NCBI GenBank assembly: GCA_963827275.1
Contig: CAWHAA010000004.1
Span: forward strand, 64,001 to 128,000
Length of the DNA stretch: 64,000 nucleotides
Direction: 5' to 3'
Source of the DNA: an uncultured Spirochaetota bacterium
GTDB taxonomy: Bacteria > Spirochaetota > UBA4802 > UBA5550
The translations under genes were made by a program, and so were the position numbers. Shown one piece after another: positions 49,261 to 58,866 of this stretch. How positions within the stretch are numbered: position 1 is the stretch's first letter; each line of letters starts with the position of its first letter. A model generated the notes under the pieces. That model was given only the letters and a program-made list of their open reading frames with translations. It was not told the origin of the DNA and ran no database searches.

Positions 49261-51191
49261 ATGAAAACGAAGGTTGGAAAATATTTTGTAACCGAAAGAA
49301 TAGCCAGGGGCGGAATGGGCGAGATATTAAAGGCCAAACACCCTACCTTGAATAAGGACGTCATTTTGAAGCGCCTGACGTTCAGCGCCAAAGAGGTGGT
49401 CATTGAAAGATTTAAACGAGAGGCCCAGCTGCAGATCGATTTCCGCAATGATAACATAGTACAGGTGTTTGACCATTTCAAGGAAGGACTTTCCTATTAC
49501 ATCGTAATGGAATATGTCAACGGCATTTCACTGGACGCCCTGATAGAAAAAAACAGGTATCTGCCCAACGAGATTGCCCTGTTGATATTTTACCAGATAG
49601 CCAGGGCGCTGAAATACGCACATGACAAGGACGTGATCCACAGGGACATCAAACCGGCTAACATTTTAATATCCACGAGAGGGCATTGTAAAGCTGACCG
49701 ATTTCGGTATCGCCACCTCCAAGGATTACCACGACAAATACCTGACCAGGGAGATGACCCTCGGCACCCCGGCCTATATGTCGCCCGAACAGATAACCGA
49801 CACCAGAAATGTTGACAAACGGGCCGACATCTATTCCATGGGGGTCGTGTTGTATGAGATGGTGACCGGGAAATGCCCCTATGCATGCGATATATCCTCC
49901 GAGAACATACACCGCATACAAAAAGGTAAGTACACCAGACCTTCGAAGCTGAACCCGAAGGTTTCCCCGGTTGCCGGCCGCATCATCAAAAAGGCGATGC
50001 ATCACAAAATAAAAAAGAGGTATAAAGACTTAGAGGAGATAATAAGGATTCTTTCGGTCCAGCTTAAAAAATATAAAAGCCAGGAAATGATGGATGAAAC
50101 CATCCGGCTTTTTGTTCAGGGAAAAACCGCGGACACGAAGAAGGTCAAAAAACAGGAGAGCCGCCGCAGCACGTACCGTCTCCGGCGCGCGGCATACTGA
50201 AGGCGGCAATCGCCTTCTGCGTTTTCGCCGCGATAATGGCCGGCGCCGGTTTTTACGCTTATCAAAAGGGATATCACCACGAGTTTTACGGGGCCGATGA
50301 ATTCGGCGCCCTGCGTGCGGAGATTACAATAAACACGATGGGACAGAACGAGGCGGCGCGTTATATACGGGGGACGCTGCTGGTGCGCGGACCAAAGGGA
50401 TATACGCCCGGGCAGAACGGAATTCTGGAATTCACCCCGGATGGGCCTGGAGAATGAAGATGCGGTAACCGCATATGCATCACCGAGAATGTATTTGCCA
50501 TCCGGTTCTTACCGGCTCATGGTCGATATAGACAACAGGATTTACCAGCGTGATTTTTTCCTTAAGCCGCGTGCGGCGCAGAAGAGCGAGAAAGAATACA
50601 GCAACGCCCAGGTAATCTCCATAGATCATACCCCGATACCCGCCATGCCGGTCTTTATTACGTATGAAGTACGTGATGCGGGTTCGGGCAGGGTTATCAC
50701 TGGAGAAACAGACTGTTTATATACTATTACAACAAATGGGTGAAGTGGCAGGAGTTCATTAATAGACCGGACTCCGATGCATTTCTCGTGAGCGGCAAGA
50801 AATATATTTTTAACTTTAATAACAACAACTACCTCAACCGGACGGTAAGTATAGACGTGCTGCCGCACCAGTCCCGGGTTGATATCCAGGCGGAGATGGC
50901 GCCCGTTCCCGGCGTTCTGCTTATCAAGTCAAGTGAGCCCGGTGTCGAGGTGCTCATTAATAATAACCAGTATTACATTGAAGGCGGATCGAATGCCAGG
51001 ATTGTAAAACTCGGGACGCTGTTGCCGGAGGTGCGCCGCATTGTGCTCTCGCCGAACAGCTATTATATTACCGCGCGGACAGAAGGGGATCGTAAAAACG
51101 GAATCAATTCGAAATCAATCCGAAAAAATACACTCGTGTGATCGTCAACGTGAACAGGGAAAATAATACTATTGAATTCAATGTTTTTTAG
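49261..51191 (+). pseudogene. membrane Ser/Thr protein kinase with PEGA-like C-terminus; five frameshifts (pseudogene or assembly error)
   Basis: IARGGMG and HRDIKPAN; KLTDFGIA and GTPAYMSPEQ appear after a frame change at ~49682. TM helix after ~50190. Further shifts at ~50443, ~50717 and ~51100. Confidence 0.78.
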
Positions 51192-51217
51192 CTCAAACCA
51201 ATAACAAGGAGCGCGAT

Positions 51218-52105
51218 ATGTCCTCAATCAAGAGAAGGATCTTTCTGTGTCTGGTGGGCCTTTTGGCCGGACTTGCCGCATGGCCCGCAGCCGAGATAAC
51301 ACTGCTGTTCCAGGCCAATTTTCCGTCATATCTCGTATTTTCGATTTTTCTCGGAGCGGTCTTCGGGGTTTTTCTCGGTGCCTTCTTCGGGAGCAGCGAC
51401 GGCATCATCATGTCGCATCGTCGAAGCATGGCAACAGGCGCGGCAAAGGGCATAGTCATCGGGGCACTGGGCGGCGCAATAGGTTTTTTTGTCGGGCAGG
51501 CGGCCTTATTTATAACCGGGGAATATCTCATCCACTCTATGAAGAGGTTCGTCACTGTGGGGATGCCCGTATCGCGCGCCATAGGTTGGGCCATCCTGGG
51601 TCTGTTCGCTGGCATGGTCGACGGCGTGCGCTCCCGCTCGTGGAAAAAAATCAGGGTCGGGATGATCGGCGGTGTATCGGGCGGATTTCTGGGCGGGCTC
51701 GCGCTTGAATATTTCAGGATCGCCTTCCCCGGGACTGTATTCGCCAGGCTCCTGGGCCTGCTTATCTTCGGTCTTTTCATAGGGTTCTTTTACGGCTTCG
51801 TCGAAGTGCGACTCTCCTATGGGGTGTTGACGCTTTTAAACGGGCGGTATAAAGGCAGGGAATTTTTAATAAACCAGAAGAAGCTGAAGATAGGAGCACT
51901 GGAAAAGAACGATATCAAGCTGGAAGGATATCACAACATATCGGACAGCCACGCGCTTCTAAGCGTAAAGAAAGACGACGTATTTATATCGCGGGTTGAT
52001 GACGGCGGTATCCTCGTGAACGACAATTCCGTGGACGAACAGATGTTGAAGTACGAGGATGTGATTAAAATCGGTTCAGCGAAACTGCTGTACCAGTACA
52101 AATAG
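51218..52105 (+). CDS. multi-TM Gly-rich membrane protein with C-terminal FHA-like domain
   Basis: About six Gly-rich TM helices, then KIGA...ISDSHA...LVND...LKYEDVIKIG. Confidence 0.82.
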   Translation: MSSIKRRIFLCLVGLLAGLAAWPAAEITLLFQANFPSYLVFSIFLGAVFGVFLGAFFGSSDGIIMSHRRSMATGAAKGIVIGALGGAIGFFVGQAALFITGEYLIHSMKRFVTVGMPVSRAIGWAILGLFAGMVDGVRSRSWKKIRVGMIGGVSGGFLGGLALEYFRIAFPGTVFARLLGLLIFGLFIGFFYGFVEVRLSYGVLTLLNGRYKGREFLINQKKLKIGALEKNDIKLEGYHNISDSHALLSVKKDDVFISRVDDGGILVNDNSVDEQMLKYEDVIKIGSAKLLYQYK

Positions 52106-52114
52106 GAGCGGCCC

Positions 52115-53548
52115 ATGAAAACAGGAAATATAAAAATCGCATCTGCGGCGCTTGCGGCGCTGCTGACATTCTGGGCAAACGCACACGCGGAGTCCGTCCG
52201 CATTTCTCAAATCGACCCGTCCATGCTGCTCTTTAAACAGGACGTAAAGGTATACGTGAGCGTCACTGACAATGCGGGCGCACCGTTAAAAAATATCGGG
52301 AAGGATAAATTCACCGTTTTCGAATCCGCTGACGGAAACAGCTTCACGCGGATTCCCGCGATTAAAGGCTTTCAGACGATGGCAAACTATGAGGACGGCA
52401 TTAATTTTTTGCTGCTCATCGATAATTCGGGGAGCATGTACCTCAACATGAAACAGAGGCTGACCCGAAACCAGGCGGACATGAAGTTCAGCCATGCCAA
52501 GGCGGCCATTTCAACATTTCTGAAAAGTATGACCAATCCCAGGGACAGGGTGGGGCTCGCGTCATACAATTCATACTATGAATCATTTTCCGATCCGGTA
52601 TCCGACAAGGAGAAAATAGAGGGACTCCTGGGGCAGATCAAAATGCCGGTCGGGGATGAGGGACACACGGAGATATACGCAAGCCTCAGCCGCGCAGTGG
52701 ATGAATTCAAATCGGTCAAGGGGCGCAAGGCCATACTCATACTCTCCGACGGCGAAAACAGGCCTTTTTATCGGTATGCCGGAAAGCCGCACAGGGACTT
52801 CGGGACAAAGATTTATTCATACACCGAACCGGTGCGTGATTGCCAGGAGGAGGGAATAAGCGTGTTCGCCATCAATTTCGGCAGGGGCGGCGAGCGGAAG
52901 GATGTTCATTTGAAAGATATCGCCCTTCAGACCGGGGGAGCAATGTTTGACGCCGGTGACGAAGGGGAGCTTGTCCAGGTATACTCGAAGATCGTGGGCC
53001 AGATACTGAATGAGTACCTTATTACCTATTCCGCTACGATGGACCCGGCCGACAAAAAATACGTAAAAATCAGATACGCCTCGGGCAACGGGCCGCTCCA
53101 GGCAGTCCGTTTCTATTTCTCAAGCACCGTATTCGGGCTTCCGCTTCAAGGGTTCAGCCTCTGGCTCCTGTTGCCGTTCCTTCTGGCATTACTGCTTCTA
53201 TGGCTTTTGTCCAGGATCAAATTTGAAAAGAAGAAGGGTGACGCGAATATAGAGGTGATAAATCCGGGCACGGCGAAGGCGGTGACAAGGTCCTTCACCC
53301 TGAATAAGGGGCAGACCATCATCGGCGCCTCAAAGGGCGCGGACATGACCATTATGAGCGGCATTACGCAGATTAAAGAAAAGCACGCGACCATTACGTT
53401 CGACAGGAAAACTAAAAAATACACGATCGCAGGAGACGGCGATTTCAAGGTCAATAACAGGCGGGTGAAAACCAGGGTGCTTGAATCCGGCGATGTTATC
53501 AATGTCGGCGGCGCCACTATCGTCTTTGATGACGGCGAGGTGGACTGA
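52115..53548 (+). CDS. signal peptide-vWA-TM-FHA-like protein
   Basis: MIDAS DNSGS, T and LSDGE; TM WLLLPFLLALLLLWLL; FHA-like tail LESGDVINVG. Confidence 0.85.
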   Translation: MKTGNIKIASAALAALLTFWANAHAESVRISQIDPSMLLFKQDVKVYVSVTDNAGAPLKNIGKDKFTVFESADGNSFTRIPAIKGFQTMANYEDGINFLLLIDNSGSMYLNMKQRLTRNQADMKFSHAKAAISTFLKSMTNPRDRVGLASYNSYYESFSDPVSDKEKIEGLLGQIKMPVGDEGHTEIYASLSRAVDEFKSVKGRKAILILSDGENRPFYRYAGKPHRDFGTKIYSYTEPVRDCQEEGISVFAINFGRGGERKDVHLKDIALQTGGAMFDAGDEGELVQVYSKIVGQILNEYLITYSATMDPADKKYVKIRYASGNGPLQAVRFYFSSTVFGLPLQGFSLWLLLPFLLALLLLWLLSRIKFEKKKGDANIEVINPGTAKAVTRSFTLNKGQTIIGASKGADMTIMSGITQIKEKHATITFDRKTKKYTIAGDGDFKVNNRRVKTRVLESGDVINVGGATIVFDDGEVD

Positions 53549-53555
53549 CAGGGAG

Positions 53556-53596
53556 GACAGGTGATGGCGGGGACAGGGTCTCCGCTGCCACCTGTC
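53556..53596. terminator. hairpin between convergent genes, putative terminator
   Basis: GACAGGTGATGGCGGGGAC-agg-GTCTCCGCTGCCACCTGTC; no U-tract. Confidence 0.5.
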
Positions 53597-53609
53597 GCAG
53601 CTGTCGGTG

Positions 53610-53798
53610 CTATTTCTTCTTTTTAATAAGATCGCCCTCGATCACTTTCTTCTGTTTTTCAGTCAGCTCCGGCAGCTTTATGTTCACCGTATCAAGCGTG
53701 CGTTCTATTTTCTTATATTTCGCCGAATCTTTTAATCTGCGCAGTCTCTTATTCGCCCTGCGCCTGTCCCATCGGTTAATCTTTCTTTTATCTTCCAT
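53610..53798 (-). CDS. small basic hypothetical protein
   Basis: 62-aa Lys/Arg-rich ORF with GGAGG RBS upstream. Confidence 0.55.
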   Translation of the reverse strand: MEDKRKINRWDRRRANKRLRRLKDSAKYKKIERTLDTVNIKLPELTEKQKKVIEGDLIKKKK

Positions 53799-54094
53799 AA
53801 AATGACGCCTCCATATATTCAGGTATTTTCAACCTCTTAAGCAAAGGCACGGGGAACAGAACAGGCCTTGTCGGGACCAGCATTGGGCAATGTAATGCAT
53901 CTTTCAACAAAAAAAGCGCCGGACAAAGGGTATAAAATTTTATCATTTCAAGCGTAATCGAAAAAACCAAAGTGGAAGTGATGCTCTTAAATTCAACGCA
54001 CTGCGGTTTTTAGCCCGTTGCCGCAGATAAAACCCCTCAGGGTGATTTTTATAAGTTTTGATGTAGATTCATCTCCTTGTGACCAGGGTCGGTC

Positions 54095-54123
54095 TTGACA
54101 AATTCTTTTGCCTGTGCTATCAT
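54095..54123 (+). promoter_or_regulatory. sigma70 promoter of the BtrH-like cassette
   Basis: TTGACA-N17-TATCAT with extended -10 TG. Confidence 0.65.
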
Positions 54124-54172
54124 TGGAAAAAATTTGCGTACTGACTCTATTAACATTTTATTGGATGTTTAT

Positions 54173-54574
54173 ATGAAAGTCAATGAAGTACCTCAAGACG
54201 GCAAGCGGATGCTCAAAACGACACTGGTGCATTACGCTGAAAATGACGAGGGTAAATTCGAAAAAGTTCAATCAGATGGATGGGACCCGGGATACTATGC
54301 AGGGCTCAACCTCCAGGAGGAGTTCAGGGAACTGGCAGAAGAGGCAAAAATAAGGATCAAGAACAATGAGACCTCTCCCCTGGAATATTTTATGTATAAT
54401 GCCGCCCTGGACCCTATCGGCCTGGCCCAGTTTACCGGGATGCCATGGCGAAAAGTGAAAAAACATTTAACACCCCGGGGATTTGAAAAGCTGGATGATC
54501 AGATCCTTGCCCGGTACGCCCATGTTCTTCACACCGATGTTGAAACTATAAAAAAATTCAAGAGTACACTATAA
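54173..54574 (+). CDS. conserved hypothetical protein (C-terminal HTH-like), of the type found beside BtrH-like genes in flexirubin/DAR clusters
   Basis: MKVNEVPQD...SPLEYFM...VKKHL...YA; stop overlaps the next start. Confidence 0.7.
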   Translation: MKVNEVPQDGKRMLKTTLVHYAENDEGKFEKVQSDGWDPGYYAGLNLQEEFRELAEEAKIRIKNNETSPLEYFMYNAALDPIGLAQFTGMPWRKVKKHLTPRGFEKLDDQILARYAHVLHTDVETIKKFKSTL

Positions 54575-55590
54575 TGAAAAAAGCAATAGCGCAAAAACCA
54601 TACAAACACTACCAGGGGGGACACTGCGAATCGGGCTCTGTTTCTTCAATCGTAACCAATTACGGCTTTAATCTATCTGAGCCCATGGCCTTCGGTATTT
54701 CGAGCAATATCGGCTTCGTGTATCTGCCCTTTGTAAAAATTTGGGGCCGGCCCCTGATCGCGTGGCGAATGCTTCCGCAGAGCATAGTCAAGGGAGTGCA
54801 GAAGCGCCTGGGAATTAAATTCTGCATCAAAACATACGATAATGAGCAGGAAGCCATGGATGAGCTGGACCGGCTGCTGGATGAAGGTAAGCCGGTGGGG
54901 ATCCAGGGTTCCGTGGCCTATCTTAAATATTTTCTGGGGGAGTTCCGTATTCCCAACAACAGCCACATGACCATTGTCACCGGCAGGGAAGGAGATGAAT
55001 ACCTGATCAACGATCCCCTGTGGGACCATGCAACAAGGGTCCATCGTGACGATCTTCAGATGGCCCGTTTTTCCAAGGGGCCCCAGGCGCCGAAGGGATT
55101 CATGTTCTATCCCATTGAGCTTCCGGAAACGGTCGATTATAAAAAAGCAATTAAAAAGGCGGTGAAGCACGTACCCTTCATGATGCTCCAGCCGATGTTC
55201 CCTTACTATGGCGTGCTGGGCATTAAAACCTTTGCCAGGATGGTAAAGCGGCTCCAGAAAAATTCGGACATAAAGGCTGTGAGAGGGCTTTTTTATCACA
55301 TTGTCCTTTTTCAAGAGGAGGTCGGCACCGGCGGCGGAGGGTTCCGGTACATGTATGCCGCTTTCCTCAGGGAAGCCTATGATATCCTGAAGATACCGGA
55401 GCTGCTGGAAGCCTCGAAAAAATTCGTAGCCATCGGCGACAAGTGGAGGCTTGCCGCTTCATCATGCGGGAAATTCATCCAGGGAAAGACCGATGAAGTT
55501 GATCTCAATAAAACGGCGGATATATACTTCGAATGCGCGAAGCAAGAGAAAGAGGCTTACCTGATGCTTAAAAAAATCAGGTGGAGATAG
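54574..55590 (+). CDS. BtrH-like (papain-fold) acyltransferase/peptidase
   Basis: HCESG, SEPMAFGI, SH, ND and QEEVGTGGGGFRYMYAAFL. Confidence 0.82.
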   Translation: MKKAIAQKPYKHYQGGHCESGSVSSIVTNYGFNLSEPMAFGISSNIGFVYLPFVKIWGRPLIAWRMLPQSIVKGVQKRLGIKFCIKTYDNEQEAMDELDRLLDEGKPVGIQGSVAYLKYFLGEFRIPNNSHMTIVTGREGDEYLINDPLWDHATRVHRDDLQMARFSKGPQAPKGFMFYPIELPETVDYKKAIKKAVKHVPFMMLQPMFPYYGVLGIKTFARMVKRLQKNSDIKAVRGLFYHIVLFQEEVGTGGGGFRYMYAAFLREAYDILKIPELLEASKKFVAIGDKWRLAASSCGKFIQGKTDEVDLNKTADIYFECAKQEKEAYLMLKKIRWR

Positions 55591-55752
55591 CCGCTCCGTT
55601 TGTCAAAATCCGGTTGCTTCCGGCCATCATGCGCAGTCGCGCCGGGCAGTTGGACTGAAAGAACAGGTCCATGTTGTTCTCGGTCATCTGATCTATTGTT
55701 TCTCAACATAGAAACTGACAATTCTTTTATATTCATTGGCTTGGGGTGGGTT

Positions 55753-56160
55753 ATGAGAGTATATGAAACCACGTCCGGCGGTGGCCGCAGGGCAGCGAAT
55801 TCGAAAAGATTGAAGTTTTGCACGGAGAAGGACGGGAAGCTGGTTGAAGTGTACGAGGATATTTCCGAATATTCGGAGATCGTTGCGGAGAATGTTGTGG
55901 ACTGGTACCGGGAACTCGCGGAAAGGGCAAAAGAGCGGGTGCGCGACAACCATGCCTCCGCGCTGGAATACTTCATGTACCGCGCCGAGATGGAGCCGGA
56001 GACCCTCGCCGCAGTGACGGGATTTTCGCGCCGTCAGGTCAGGAAGCATTTCAGGCCCGATGCGGTTGAAGCAATGGACCGGGAAACGCTGCAGAGATAT
56101 GCCGATGCCCTGCAGGTTGATGGAGAGCAAATCCTTAATTTCAAAGGCAGGCTTGCATGA
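55753..56160 (+). CDS. hypothetical protein, paralog of 54173-54574
   Basis: RELAERAK...SALEYFMY...VRKHF...RYADAL aligns with the first copy. Confidence 0.7.
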   Translation: MRVYETTSGGGRRAANSKRLKFCTEKDGKLVEVYEDISEYSEIVAENVVDWYRELAERAKERVRDNHASALEYFMYRAEMEPETLAAVTGFSRRQVRKHFRPDAVEAMDRETLQRYADALQVDGEQILNFKGRLA

Positions 56161-57170
56161 GCCAGGAGAACAGTAATAAGTTTATTCATCAGGATGCCGC
56201 GCATTGCGAGTCCGGATCGATACGCTCGCTGCTGGTGAATTACGGCCTGACTATTTCTGAGCCCATGGTGTTCGGCATCGCCAGCGCAATGACTTTTTTT
56301 TATTTTCCACCGGTAAAAGTATGGGGACACCCTCTCATTTCATACCGCATGCCGCCGCGATCAATGCTGAAAAAAATCGAGAAACGAATCGGCGTGCGTT
56401 TCATGAGCAGGGATTATGATGATGAACGCGAGGCGATGGCCGATCTGGACAGGCTCCTGGCGGAAAACCATGCGGTGGGCCTTCAGGCAAGCGTGAGCTA
56501 TCTGACGTACATTATACCCGAATTCAGGATTTATTTCAACAGTCACATGCTATTAATCTATGGCAAGGACGGGGACGAGTACCTCGTCAGCGATTCGGTC
56601 GTCGACCGGCCCATGAGGATTAAGGCCGAGGACCTCAGGAAGGCCCGGTTCGCGCGGGGCCAGAACGCCCCGCGGGGTTTCATGTTCTATCCCGCCCATA
56701 TCCCGGATGCCATTGATTACCGGTCGGCGATCCGGAAGGCGGTGAAATCAAGTGTGGGCATGATGCTGCAGCCCCTCCTCCCGATTGTCGGCATCAGGGG
56801 CATCGCCACTCTGGCGCAAAAAATTGAGCGCCTTAACCGGCACCGGGACAGGAAATACGCCCGGAGCTTCATGGGCAACATGCTCATGTTCCAGGAGGAG
56901 ATGGGCACGGGCGGCAGCGGATTCCGTTTTCTCTACGCGGCATTTCTGCAGGAGGCTGCCGTCCTGCTCGGCATCCCCGAACTCGAGGCAGCCAAGCAGA
57001 AGATGGTTGAAACGGCCGAACTGATGCGAAGGATCGCGGGAATGTGCGCTGAAATATTAAAGGCGAAGCAGATGGACTTTGACCTGGGTCCTGTCGCGGC
57101 GCTCGTAAGAGATTGGGCCAGAACGGAGGAGGAGGCGTATCGGGTGTTGAAAGGGGTCAGGTGGCAGTGA
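56157..57170 (+). CDS. BtrH-like protein, paralog of 54574-55590
   Basis: HCESG, SEPMVFGI, NSHM and QEEMGTGGSGFRFLYAAFL. Confidence 0.82.
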   Translation: MSQENSNKFIHQDAAHCESGSIRSLLVNYGLTISEPMVFGIASAMTFFYFPPVKVWGHPLISYRMPPRSMLKKIEKRIGVRFMSRDYDDEREAMADLDRLLAENHAVGLQASVSYLTYIIPEFRIYFNSHMLLIYGKDGDEYLVSDSVVDRPMRIKAEDLRKARFARGQNAPRGFMFYPAHIPDAIDYRSAIRKAVKSSVGMMLQPLLPIVGIRGIATLAQKIERLNRHRDRKYARSFMGNMLMFQEEMGTGGSGFRFLYAAFLQEAAVLLGIPELEAAKQKMVETAELMRRIAGMCAEILKAKQMDFDLGPVAALVRDWARTEEEAYRVLKGVRWQ

Positions 57171-57172
57171 TT

Positions 57173-57994
57173 TCAATAGGACGCGGCGGCCAGCTTCCCC
57201 ATCATCCGCTGGAAGAGCGTGCCGATAAGAGGCAGTTTCATGCAGAAGAAGATCGCCTTGTTGCCCAGCCCGGGGACCACCACTGCACGGTCCCGGCGAA
57301 GCGCCGCCAGGGATTTCCGGGCCACGGTTTCAGCCGGCATCCAGAAAGGGGACGGGATGGCGCCGTAGTTGATTTTTCTGAATTCATCGGTGAAAAGAAA
57401 ACCGCTGCGGGTAAGACCGGGGCAGAGGGCCTGTACCCGTACGCCGGTGCCGGCCAGTTCCGAGCGGAGACCGCGGGTCAGCATGGTGATGAAGGATTTC
57501 GTCGCGGTGTAGGTGACATAATGGGGCGCTGTGAAATAAGCGCCCATTGAGGAGACGTTGATTATCCAGCCATGCCCGTTGCGCACCATGCCCGGCAATA
57601 CCGCACGGCAGAGCCGGGCCGTGGCGAGAACGTGAAGGATTATCATGGACTCCATCCTGCCGGGATCCGTTTCCGTAAACATGCCGCGCGTTCCGAAGCC
57701 GGCGGCGTTTACCAGCACTTCAATGGAAGAATCCCCCCTGATGCGTTGTTCAGCCGCTGCTATCCCGGCGGCAGTGGACAGGTCGGCGGTCAAAACGTCG
57801 GCAGATACGCGGTACATCCCGGCAATACCGCGCGCCAGTTTCTCCATCGCATCGGTACGGCGCGCTACCAGGATACAGCTGAAACCTTTCCGGGCCAGCT
57901 GTTCCGCGAAGGCGGCGCCAATGCCGCTCGAAGCGCCGGTAATAAAGGCGGTCCTCACCTCGCTGTGTGGAAAACCGGCACCCATGCCGGTCAC
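57173..57994 (-). CDS. short-chain dehydrogenase/reductase
   Basis: TGASSGIG, NAAGFG, YTATK and LCPG. Confidence 0.9.
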   Translation of the reverse strand: MTGMGAGFPHSEVRTAFITGASSGIGAAFAEQLARKGFSCILVARRTDAMEKLARGIAGMYRVSADVLTADLSTAAGIAAAEQRIRGDSSIEVLVNAAGFGTRGMFTETDPGRMESMIILHVLATARLCRAVLPGMVRNGHGWIINVSSMGAYFTAPHYVTYTATKSFITMLTRGLRSELAGTGVRVQALCPGLTRSGFLFTDEFRKINYGAIPSPFWMPAETVARKSLAALRRDRAVVVPGLGNKAIFFCMKLPLIGTLFQRMMGKLAAASY

Positions 57995-58866
57995 ATCCCG
58001 CAGCAGACAACGATGACATACTGGCCCTGAGTGTTCCTGTTGACATGGACCATTGTCCTGCCGTTGCCCTCCGCAATGAAAGAGCTGATTGCGAACGATG
58101 CGGCGGTGTCATAAAACCCGTGCTCGTTGATGTAGTCCATCTCGGCGGCGGCGGGGAATTCCTTCTTCCACTTCCGCTTGTCTGCCGGGGTCATGAGTAT
58201 GCCGAAGGCGATGACGGACCGGTTGCACGACGCCTCCCTGGCCCAGCGGACCGCTTCTTCCTCCACCGCGAACGTTTTGATGTCCGTGATCTTTCCCATG
58301 GCCCCGGCCTGTTCCGCCGTGAGATAGAGCCAGCTGCTCCCGTCCACCAGCTTTGCGCCGTGGTACGAGGCGTCATATTTCTTCGAAAAATATTCCCTCG
58401 AAAATACCGCCTCGTCCACGCCGCCCACCAGGGCCTCGCTGACATGCCCCAGCCCGAAGTCCACCATCGCGAGCTCCAGGCCGCGCTCGAACGAGACATT
58501 CTTGCTCGAGACGGTGATGCTCCTGCCGAGGGTTTTCAGGCTCTGGGCCACGTAGAAGGAGGCGGTGTTGCTCATGGTGTTGATGAAGTTGAAGGGCTTG
58601 GGAAAGGAGTTTTCACGGTAGAGCTGGTGCAGGACGGTTTCCGTGTCCCCCAGGTTGCCGTTCTCGGTTGAAAGATAGACGGCGGTGTGTGCGTCGATCT
58701 TCTTCCCGTGGACGCACCGGTGCACGCCCGTCAGGGAGAGGAGGATGAACCTGTTCACCCTGCGGAAGAAAAAGTCGGTGTAGCGCTTGAGGTCGGCCTT
58801 CAGGGCGTCCAGGTCCTCGGCCGGGTCGCAGACATAGGGTGCTACGGCATGGACATACATGGTCAT
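57991..58866 (-). CDS. chain-length-factor-like (non-catalytic ketosynthase-like) protein
   Basis: RRVNRF, PFNFINTMSN and GGVDE; no catalytic triad; overlaps the upstream KS. Confidence 0.75.
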   Translation of the reverse strand: MTMYVHAVAPYVCDPAEDLDALKADLKRYTDFFFRRVNRFILLSLTGVHRCVHGKKIDAHTAVYLSTENGNLGDTETVLHQLYRENSFPKPFNFINTMSNTASFYVAQSLKTLGRSITVSSKNVSFERGLELAMVDFGLGHVSEALVGGVDEAVFSREYFSKKYDASYHGAKLVDGSSWLYLTAEQAGAMGKITDIKTFAVEEEAVRWAREASCNRSVIAFGILMTPADKRKWKKEFPAAAEMDYINEHGFYDTAASFAISSFIAEGNGRTMVHVNRNTQGQYVIVVCCGM

